Shown here one piece after another: positions 8,088 to 15,684 of a stretch of DNA of 15,684 bases. Origin of the DNA: an uncultured Chlamydiae bacterium (GTDB taxonomy: Bacteria > Chlamydiota > Chlamydiia > Chlamydiales > Parachlamydiaceae); assembly GCA_963830365.1 (NCBI GenBank), contig CAWHMU010000001.1:1-15684 (forward strand). Direction: 5' to 3'. Numbering within the stretch: position 1 is the stretch's first letter; every line of letters starts with the position of its first letter. The notes beneath the pieces were generated by a model that saw only the letters and a list, made by a program, of their open reading frames with translations, was not told where the DNA came from and searched no databases. Both the position numbers and the translations under genes were made by a program.

Positions 8088-9203
8088 TCAATTGTGACGT
8101 TTCGTTTTGTTTCCTGCAGCTAATTTCTTATAAATCTTTCCAGGGAACTCTTTTACAACTTTTTTTAGGATGAGGCTCATTAAAATTCTTTGCACCTGTT
8201 GCACCGGCATGGAAGCCAGGCTGGCTAGCTCGTCGATGGCGATTTCGGCCTCGGGCAGCGCTTTCCAAAGGGACATTTCTTCATGATCCAGCCGCGGCGA
8301 CTGTTGATGGCCGATATTCATGGAACAGGGGGGGAATAGATCCTGGAAATGGGCCATGATATCTTCGGCATTTTCAACCAGCTGGGCTTGGCCGCTTTTA
8401 ATCAATAGGTGGTTGCCGCGGAAATTGTCATTATCGGCGCGGCCGGGCAAGGCAAAGAGTTTGCGCTGATGCTGGTGGGCTTTTTCCATGGTGATCATGG
8501 CGCCGCTTTTGATGGGGGCTTCGATCAACACGGTGGCCAGGCTAAGGCCGCTGACGATGCGGTTGCGTTGGGGGAAATTCTGCCGGTCGGGAGGGGTAAG
8601 CATGGGGAATTCGCTGATCAGGGCGCCCTTTGTAACAATTTCCTCGGCCAGGGCCTGATTTTCGGCCGGGTAAATGCGGGCCAGGCCGGAACCGATCACG
8701 GCCATGGTGCGGCCGGAGGCTAAAGCGCCGCGGTGGGCGGCGGTATCGATGCCGCGGGCTAGGCCGCTGATGACGGTGAAGCCGTGGAAGGCCAGAGTTT
8801 GACTGATGCTTTCGGCCATTTCATTGCCATAGATGCTGGCGTGGCGGGTGCCGACGACGGCGATGCAGCGCGGGTGGTGGAGGGGGAGTTCGCCGCGCAC
8901 ATAGATTAAAGCGGGATGGTCGGGCACTTCAAGCAGAAGTTTGGGGAATTTGGGGCTGGTGAAAGGAATCAGTTGTACGTGATGGCGGGCGGCCAGGGCT
9001 AGATCTTGTTGCCAGGAGTTGTCATTTTGCCATGACTGCCAATGGGGAATTACGCGTTCAAAGCCGGGCAGATTTGCGATATCGTTGGTGGGGGCTTGCA
9101 GGCTTTGCAGGGCGGTGCCGAAGTGTTGCAAAAGCTGGCGTATTTTTGCCGCTCCTAGCTGGGGGATGGAGGCTAAAATGGCAAAAGCTTCTAATTCACC
9201 CAC
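8088..9203 (-). CDS. dprA: DNA-processing protein DprA/Smf
   Basis: Motifs AVVGTR, SGLARGIDTAAH, ISEFP, FPQRNRIVSGLS, IEAPIKSGAMIT, and a C-terminal winged helix; common dprA-topA gene order; GTG start. Confidence 0.97.
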   Translation of the reverse strand: MGELEAFAILASIPQLGAAKIRQLLQHFGTALQSLQAPTNDIANLPGFERVIPHWQSWQNDNSWQQDLALAARHHVQLIPFTSPKFPKLLLEVPDHPALIYVRGELPLHHPRCIAVVGTRHASIYGNEMAESISQTLAFHGFTVISGLARGIDTAAHRGALASGRTMAVIGSGLARIYPAENQALAEEIVTKGALISEFPMLTPPDRQNFPQRNRIVSGLSLATVLIEAPIKSGAMITMEKAHQHQRKLFALPGRADNDNFRGNHLLIKSGQAQLVENAEDIMAHFQDLFPPCSMNIGHQQSPRLDHEEMSLWKALPEAEIAIDELASLASMPVQQVQRILMSLILKKVVKEFPGKIYKKLAAGNKTKRHN

Positions 9204-9239
9204 CTTGTACCTGCGTCATGATGAGGGGTTGATTATCCT

Positions 9240-9270
9240 AAAAAAAAGCGACCATCAGATGATGGTCGCT
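9240..9270 (-). terminator. Rho-independent terminator
   Basis: 10-bp stem AGCGACCATC/GATGGTCGCT with 4-nt loop, followed by a run of U on the - strand; lies just past the small ORF. Confidence 0.9.
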
Positions 9271-9273
9271 AGT

Positions 9274-9482
9274 TTATGCCACATGTGCTTTCAGATTGCT
9301 CAGAAAGACACGGTTATTCTCCCTTGAACCTGGATGACATCTCTTTCGGATGTCATGGGCGCAAAGGGAGTTTTTAAATAATGCGCATTGACGATGACTT
9401 TTAGGTCTGGCTCATAATGATGACCGCTGTCAAGTTCTTTTAAAGATTCGTCAAAGGCAAGTGAGCTATATTTAGGACTCAC
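9274..9482 (-). CDS. Small hypothetical protein: 60 aa as written (stop at 9300), 69 aa if one G is restored near 9321-9323
   Basis: AGGTGGAG Shine-Dalgarno before GTG 9482 and a dedicated terminator. Adding one G to the GGG run gives ...QVQGENNRVFLSNLKAHVA* with TAA 3 nt before the terminator stem. Confidence 0.65.
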
Positions 9483-9852
9483 AATATCTTCTCCACCTAC
9501 CTACTGAAAGGTAGCAAGTGAAGAACGCCTTTCTTGCGTTCTTTTTAATTTTTAATCCTGGGTCTAACACATACCGAGGTATGTATTTGGCGGCAGGTTC
9601 CAATTTCTAAATAATAAAAATATCCCAAACGTTTGTGGTATCGAGCGTTAGTTATAGACTTACGTCACCTCCCTTGGTGCTCCTATGGTTCCACTGTCAT
9701 TGGGCTGGCGCTCTAGGTGTGTTTGGCGAGGTCTTTAATTTATAAAGAGCCTTAAAAATACACTGTGAGCGCCTAATATCCTTGTACTTCGGTCATTTAT
9801 GTACAAGGATGTTGACCTGTATCACAAAAAAACTACGGGTCTATTGCGATAC
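9483..9852 (-). promoter_or_regulatory. Long structured 5' leader or candidate ncRNA
   Basis: Hairpins at 9819-9852, 9775-9813, 9707-9773, 9569-9584, 9521-9543 and 9489-9525; no sizeable ORF; AT-rich promoter-like DNA at 9853-9900. Confidence 0.5.
9521..9553 (+). terminator. Terminator-like hairpin on the + strand (also part of the - strand leader fold)
   Basis: 8-bp stem AAGAACGC/GCGTTCTT followed by TTTAATTTTT; no + strand gene upstream in this region. Confidence 0.4.
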
Positions 9853-9901
9853 ATATCAATATAATAAAAATATTTCAAGAGTTAAAAACAAATCTAATTT
9901 T

Positions 9902-10691
9902 TTACTTTTGTAAGGCTTTTTCGCGATAAGCAATGTAATCAGGTAAAGAGAAGCTGCCGATAGCTAATTGTTGGATCACGGCGCGGAAAGCCGCTGAATC
10001 AACTTTGGCTGCTAAGGGCTGTCCGGTTTCCAAGTCAGCATACTGTTTCCAGGCCTGCCAGGTGCGCAGTTCAGCTTCATTTGCGCCAAACTCTTGTTGC
10101 AGCATGCCGATGCGGAACATATTGATAGCAAAGAGTTCCTGTCCCTAAAGTCGCGTTCGTCGTTAGCGGGTTTGTTATTAAGCGCATCGGGTCATTTGCT
10201 GCTGTAACAGCAGGGCCTTATCCAGCGCCTCTTGGTAATGCTGCTGGCTGATCAACAGGGTGGTGGTGGCAAAAGCGGCATAGGGGCAGTTTATTTGAGC
10301 TGGTGCGTGTCAGTGTTGCGGTTGCAAAGGGCAGCGCTTCAGTTACTTGGGAGCGGTCGAGCAGCGTTTGGGCGATGGTGCCGTCATAGGCGGCATGCAG
10401 TTCTGGGTGGCTGGCCATGGCGCTGGTAAGTTTATGTAAAGCTGCTTGGCTGGCGGCAGCATCCGCAGAGTTGGCCCGTGTGAAGAGGGTGAAATCTTGG
10501 GAGGCCTGGATGTAGTCTAGTTCTTGCTTGGCGGTATGGGAAGTGCTGAAACGGTAGAAGATGACCAGAATGGCGATCAAAGCAATCAGTGCATAGGTGA
10601 TGTTTTTGCCTTGTTTGGAGAGCCATTCGGCTAGGCGTCCTTCTTCAAAGGAATCGAGCAAATTAGGCTTGGGTGTAGAAGTATTGGACAT
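9902..10691 (-). pseudogene. YfgM-like single-TM helical/TPR-type protein (~262 aa) interrupted by three frameshifts (real or sequencing error)
   Basis: N-terminus EWLSKQGKNITYALIALIAILVIFYRF resembles the YfgM layout. Frames join as ...NKLP / YAAFATTTLLISQQHYQEALDKALLLQQQMT / DALNNKPANDERDF / GQELFAINMFRIGMLQQE, with breaks near 10283, 10190 and 10146. Confidence 0.65.
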
Positions 10692-10835
10692 ATGTTTGCT
10701 GGGGTTGGTATGTTTTTGTGTGACTAAAGAGTTCCGGATTCGTTAATATAGCCAGTTTCAATGAATTTCAGACAAGAAAATTTATCATGCGCTACTATCA
10801 TAAATGAAAAAACTTTAATGTAAAGGCAAAAACTG

Positions 10836-11702
10836 GTGATGCATAACGACATAGTGAATGATGAGGGCCTGACGGCAGACTCGCTAAATGCAGAGGCTGC
10901 CCATGAGAGCGAAGTCATCAGAGAAATCCCGCTGGCGCAAATCATGGTTAATCCCAATCAGCCACGCCGCCATTTTTCGCAGGAAAGTCTGGCTGAACTC
11001 GCCCTTTCCATCCAAAGCGTTGGCTTGATCCATCCCCCATTGGTGCGGCCTCTGCCTGATGGCGTAACTTTCGAGATCATCTCCGGCGAACGCCGTTTCC
11101 GGGCGGCGCATTTGGCCGGTTTGAAGCAGATACCGGTAGTGGTGCGGCATAGCAGTCAATCGATCTCGGCGCAGGCGGCCCTGATAGAAAATATCCAGCG
11201 CGTGGATCTCAATCCCATTGAAATCGGCAAAGCTTTGCGCAGTTTGCTTGAGCAGTTTCATTTTCAACAGGACGAGTTGGCCACCCGGGTGGGGAAGAAG
11301 CGCTCGACGGTGGCCAACTATTTGCGCCTGCTGAGCTTGCCAAAAAACATCCAGGACAGTGTTTCGGCAGATATCATCACCATGGGACATGCCAAGGCGA
11401 TCTTATCATTGGAGGGGTTTGAAAAGCAGCATCTTTTATACGAGCTGATCCTGCGTGACGAGCTCAATGTGCGAGAGACTGAAGAGGCGGCGATCCGCAT
11501 TTCGCAGAAGGCTAAAAAGCAAGTGCTGCCGTATGTAAACCGCGATTTTCATCTTGAGCAGATAGCAGAGCGCATCCAGCAAAAGCTCGGCACCAAGGTG
11601 ACCATCCAGGGTAAAGGCAAAAAAGGACGCATCACCATCGATTACTATAGTCTGGATGATCTGGATCGCCTGATCGACATTTTCGACGCTACAACCACTT
11701 AA
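10836..11702 (+). CDS. parB: ParB/Spo0J chromosome partition protein (start GTG 10836 or ATG 10839)
   Basis: NPNQPRRHF, IISGERRFRAA arginine patch, ALIENIQRVDLNPIE, HTH QDELATRVGKKRSTVANYLRLL, MGHAKAIL, and C-terminal dimerisation region GKKGRITIDYYSLDDLDRL. Confidence 0.97.
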   Translation: MMHNDIVNDEGLTADSLNAEAAHESEVIREIPLAQIMVNPNQPRRHFSQESLAELALSIQSVGLIHPPLVRPLPDGVTFEIISGERRFRAAHLAGLKQIPVVVRHSSQSISAQAALIENIQRVDLNPIEIGKALRSLLEQFHFQQDELATRVGKKRSTVANYLRLLSLPKNIQDSVSADIITMGHAKAILSLEGFEKQHLLYELILRDELNVRETEEAAIRISQKAKKQVLPYVNRDFHLEQIAERIQQKLGTKVTIQGKGKKGRITIDYYSLDDLDRLIDIFDATTT

Positions 11703-11722
11703 GCTAAATCCCTGGCGCCTTT

Positions 11723-14387
11723 TCACTGTGGTTTATAGCGGCAGAAGAGGATGCCGTCGGCATCGCGTGCACCTAACGGAGGGTACAGGCGGTTAGCTAT
11801 GGCGCTTGCCACCGATCTGAAGGGGTAAGTCACCGCCGAGACCACCCGCCGGGAGACTTCCCATAATACAGGGCTCATGATTAGGTAGAATCCAAAAATT
11901 TTAAGCAGATCTTGGCTCAGCCACCATGCGTGATCAAATTCGTGCAGCTGCTTTGGTGTAAGCTTCGTGATTTGGTAATCCACCTGCTGGGTGGCCAAGC
12001 CTATCCTTCGACCATGTGTAGGCAGTGAGGTTAAGGCCAAAGCCCGGGTTTCATTGGCAGGCCTAAAGACCTGGATATCGACTTTCAGCCAGCCCCCATC
12101 GATGTCGGGGTCATAGGCGTTGGTGGCGAGGTGGCTGCCGCCGGCCAGCGGCACGATATCGCCATATTCCATTTGATGGTGTACCTGCCATTGTTGACCA
12201 AGTCCCCTGATTAATTCCCTATGCTGCCTTCCAAAAGCCATAAAGGCAACATCCGTCTTGGTATTGGTCATGGGGGGGTCGAAGGTCTTGCAGATATAGT
12301 TGAATCCGGGGCAAGGCAAGCGGTGGCGTTTTGGACCAAAATAGTGCATGCCGAATTGAGCCAGGGAAGCGCCAAGGCTATGGCCTACATGCGCGATATC
12401 CTGGGCGATTTTATATTGAGGGAGTTCTTGCAGGGCGTTTGCTTGTGAGAGCAGAAAATTCCTTATTTGTGATGGCGTACTGCAGGTTGCGGCAGCCGGC
12501 AACATTGCGTGTGGAAAGGCTTTGAGATATTCTTTAAGGGCTTGTTTATAAAGAGCGTCACTGCCAGGTGTTTTTTCATATGATATGTCTTCCATGCGCA
12601 GGCCGTAAAGCAGGTATCCCACCCATACAGGGATAGTGCGTGCAATAAATTCGGGGTCTTCATATTTATCGGCCATTTTTGGGTTGAGCGAGCCGGGGGC
12701 GCCTTTAGGATTGAGATCGGCATTGATCGACTCTGTCGAGTTCACGGCCTCACCGTCAGCGGCGGTGCTTCGGTAAAGTTTAATGAATGGCGGCCTATTT
12801 TGCTTGTCTTGGATATTGTAGACAGGCGTTAAGGTGTAATTAAAATCACCCTGGTTATCGTCTGATACTGAGCTAACATAAAACCATTGGTCTTTCCCGT
12901 TAGCCAGGCGTGGTCCGGGTAGGATTTGGCCTACCCTCCAGATACTGTCTGATGGGTTTCTGCCGTTTTTCACCGGGTAGGCGGCGAAAAGATTTTTCTT
13001 ACGGCGACATGTGCGAGCATTTCGAAATAATTATGCCAGTCGGCAGGCTTCTGCATGTCGGGAAAGGTTTGCAGCAATTCATGCAGATTGCGTGAAGGGT
13101 CGAAGACTCCCCTATCGCCCATCGTTTTATAGCCGCAGATCGATACATGGGTGATTTTTCGGCCGGTGAAAACTGCGGCGTCGTTTTCCACCTCCGGCAT
13201 GAGCATGCGGCAAAGAGCCGAAAAACCATCCGGAGAAAGCTCGCGCATGGTTTTTGGAGGCTTTTTTGATAGCAGCTTTAGCAGGGCCTGCTGTAGATCG
13301 CCTGTGGTCAGGGCGTTGATATCATATTGGGTTTTTCCTGAAATTTTACAGAGACCACGCATTTCCCTGATGGAAAGTTCATTATTGACTCCCGCGCCAA
13401 GTTCTTCAAAAACAAAAGACAGCGGCTGGTTGGGCTCAAACGAGGTTAGTGCAGACTGTAAACGCTGCAGTTTTTGATATAGTTCCTCGATATGGATCAT
13501 TTCAATTTGATTCACGCCGATATTGATCTTGAAAATATGGTCGGGGTGCAGAGGTGCTCCGGTCCGGCACATGTCATCGAAATTAAAGCCATAATAATGC
13601 TGTACGAAGTCGAGATGCGGTTTGCCATATTCCTGGGTGGCGAACGTTTTGAAACTTTGCACGGCGTGACGGTTCTGTTTTTTCTTCGGCAGTTGGGGTG
13701 TGGGAGGTTATTTTGACTAATTTAAGCGCTTTCTCGTCCAATGTGTAGCAGTAAGCTCCCTGTACATCGCGTTCGGAGACGAAGGTAGTTTCAACAGTTT
13801 GAAGGGCTCTGGCTGCTAGTTTCGAAAAGGGATCTGTAAAAGGGAGTTGGCTGATTCTGTTGGATAAGGGGGCAGAGGGATTGAAGGCTGCCTCTAGTAG
13901 GGGCATATCGATCTGATCGGTGACGGAGATGGCTTGAGATGCGATGGAAGTTTTAAACGAGAGCTGCCACGCGCGCTGATAAAGAAGAGGAAGTTTGAAC
14001 CACCTCGATCTCTTTGATTCGTCTGGGCGCGATGGTATGCGTAAAAGGAATCATCTGCTTGATTCTCTGCCAAAGACTGCATTGCGGATTTTTTAGGCTG
14101 ACTTTCCAAGAGCTTTTGAGTTGTGCGTGGCTGGAGGCTATGGATAGGACAAATCCTTTAGCAAGTTGGGCGATAGAGGATATTTTTTCACATTGCAGGG
14201 TGCGCTTAACGATTTTCGCCAAGCGATAGGCATATTCAGGCTGTGTAAATTTAGGCACGCTAATATGGATATCTATGCCTTGAGCAGCTGAGGGTGTAGA
14301 AGTAGAGGCGTTTGGCGGTGTCAGCGTTGTCAGCCAAAGAGAGTTATCCAGGCGCCTAATACTATTTGTAGCATTTGTGGTGGTCAT
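11723..14387 (-). pseudogene. Large alpha/beta-hydrolase (class 3 lipase-like) protein, ~887 aa when rejoined, split into four ORFs by three frameshifts
   Basis: Nucleophile elbow HVGHSLGASLAQ and GDIVP...SH in the last fragment. ORFs 13953-14387, 13583-13906, 12970-13662 and 11723-12973 join with single-base corrections near 13955-14003, the T6 run at 13678-13683 and the T5 run at 12993-12997. AAAGGGG Shine-Dalgarno precedes the ATG at 14387. Confidence 0.75.
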
Positions 14388-14765
14388 AGAATTCCCCTTT
14401 GCCTTGTTATGCAAGCATATAGCAGTCCATTCGATATTTGGTAATAAATTTATTTATCATGAGGACGTGAGCTTTGCTTACGGACAAGAAAAAAGAGCTT
14501 TTAAAGTTAGAAAAAGCTTATGAAGCGTCCGATGAAGACCAATAGGGTGTGTTTAGGTGGTCAATGACTGGAAGGTTTTAGATTGACTTTGTTCAAGTAT
14601 GTTAAAAAAAAGTATGCCATCAAACAATTTATGGTTCGTCGGTCATTTTGAGAAATATATTAATGCGTTTACCCCAGGTAAACACCCAATGTCGTCAAAG
14701 GAAGATAATATATACAAATAAAAAAGAGAATAACTCATACGGAGTTAGCTACTTACTATTCATTT

Positions 14766-14814
14766 CCCGTAGTTGCAGCAGTCTTCGCTTGCGCTCGCAA
14801 GCCTTAACTGCGGG
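14766..14814. repeat. 49-bp imperfect hairpin (attC-like or REP-like) abutting the inferred IS110 end
   Basis: Outer stem CCCGTAGTT/AACTGCGGG and inner GCTTGCG/CGCAAGC palindrome. Confidence 0.55.
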
Positions 14815-15684
14815 CTTCCGAGTAACAATAGGTTGAATGCTTACGAAACTTATGCCGGCGTTATTGGCGGATCTTTCATCATTTCCCCTGCTTTTGGAGT
14901 CGAAGAGCATTAATCATTAAAAAGGCGGAGGAAAGAACATAATGCCAGGCGATCTTCCGAACGGGATAGCTATGCTTCCCAATGATATTATCGCGATTCT
15001 TTCCGACCAAGCTACAAAACGGGCACTTAGCACCAGTGCTCGATGGGTCAATTTTTTCCACGAATTTTTGATTACTGCTATTCAACCGGTCTTGCTTTTC
15101 TTGTCTTCTTTACGCTGTTACGGCAACTAGTTTATAACCTAATTTTTCAGCTTTTTTGTGCAATCCGATCAGGCTTTTCATTGCATGCATTTTTTCATTA
15201 TATTCTGCTCCTTTTTCATAATATTGCCAGCCTTCCTTACACATGTGATATACCATAGTCGCTAGCTTATGCGCGCCGGCCTTAATCCCTTTAGAGTTGT
15301 CCGTTCGGCCGCATATGCGCCTGATATGTGCTCCTAATGCAGCATCTGATTTTTTAGCTGCCACTGCAGACATTCTTAAAGCCTGTGAAATATAATTGGC
15401 ACTTGGTTTTTGCCTTTTGCTTTTACGTCGTTTACCTCCTGAAACATTATTGCCGGGGGACAGTTTTAGCCAGGACGAAAATGCTTTTTCGCTATTCCAG
15501 GCGCTTACGTCAGTCCCTCCAAGTTCTGAATAAATGAGTAGTGCAGTACTATCTGCTATGCCTGGCAGCGCTGTCAGGTCTATTCCTGTTTTTCTCCAGA
15601 GAATGGCTCTGACATCAAAACAAAGATCATTTTTCTTAGGTTTTTTGAATTTAGAAAACTGAGGACGCTTTTTTATATCTTTAC
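14815..15684 (-). mobile_element. IS110-family element, 3' part (truncated by the window edge)
   Basis: IS110 transposase C-terminus plus ~295 nt of downstream non-coding DNA. The end is inferred at ...GTTACTCGGAAG| (- strand), where the sequence switches to a separate hairpin; this boundary is an inference. Confidence 0.7.
15110..15682 (-). CDS. IS110-family transposase/recombinase, C-terminal 190 aa (5'-partial)
   Basis: The frame is open to the window edge: ...GIDLTALPGIADSTALLIYSELGGTDVSAWNSEKAFSSWLKLSPGNNVSGGK...AGAHKLATMVYHM. This has the PGI/HhH motif and conserved SG serine of the Transposase_20 domain. The ORF track shows only the last 87 aa. Confidence 0.93.
   Translation of the reverse strand, partial: KDIKKRPQFSKFKKPKKNDLCFDVRAILWRKTGIDLTALPGIADSTALLIYSELGGTDVSAWNSEKAFSSWLKLSPGNNVSGGKRRKSKRQKPSANYISQALRMSAVAAKKSDAALGAHIRRICGRTDNSKGIKAGAHKLATMVYHMCKEGWQYYEKGAEYNEKMHAMKSLIGLHKKAEKLGYKLVAVTA

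Noticed and set aside
5494..9327. Opposite-strand or alternate-frame ORFs within topA and dprA
   Set aside because: Shadow ORFs expected from GC-rich codon usage and the low-complexity Lys/Ala linker.
9483..9852. tmRNA, RNase P RNA, SRP RNA, 6S RNA or CsrB-like RNA
   Set aside because: No tRNA-like ends, no GAGGAAAGUCC and no SRP loop consensus; it is not one long 6S-type rod; the GGA motifs are not consistently in hairpin loops.
10724..11726. Antisense ORFs over parB (e.g. 10884-11390)
   Set aside because: Shadow frames of a well-supported gene.
14415..14765. Weak stems (AGCTTTT/AAAAGCT, GGACG/CGTCC) and ORF 14648-14836
   Set aside because: Short AT-rich pairings expected by chance in a promoter region; the ORF lacks an RBS and crosses the inferred IS boundary.
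14879..15130. ORFs 14879-15085 (-) and 14942-15130 (+) downstream of the IS110 transposase
   Set aside because: Short, overlapping each other and without recognisable domains. The + ORF has a GGAGG upstream of an ATG, so it cannot be fully excluded, but a non-coding element end is the simpler reading.

Overview
Probably a chromosomal segment from an environmental chlamydia (Chlamydiota). This is inferred from a TopA with a C-terminal SWIB domain and a parB with no adjacent parA. Both window edges are insertion sequences: a complete IS1182/IS5-like DDE element whose terminal inverted repeat starts at base 1, and the 3' part of an IS110-family element at the right edge. The core is dprA-topA(SWIB), a YfgM-like membrane protein (frame-disrupted) and parB. 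It is flanked by effector-like hypotheticals: a 605-aa protein with three 73-aa Pro/Ser/Thr repeats, two coiled-coil proteins, and an ~887-aa GHSLG lipase-like protein split by three frameshifts. The non-coding DNA holds the most interesting signals: (i) a cluster of nested palindromic MITE-like elements at 1540-2400; (ii) a hairpin-rich ~370-nt leader with mutually exclusive RBS-sequestering folds before a small ORF at 9274-9873; (iii) a ~295-nt region downstream of the IS110 transposase with a candidate bridge/seekRNA guide matching the element's inferred end, next to an attC-like hairpin. All alignments and folds were done by eye; no database searches were run.
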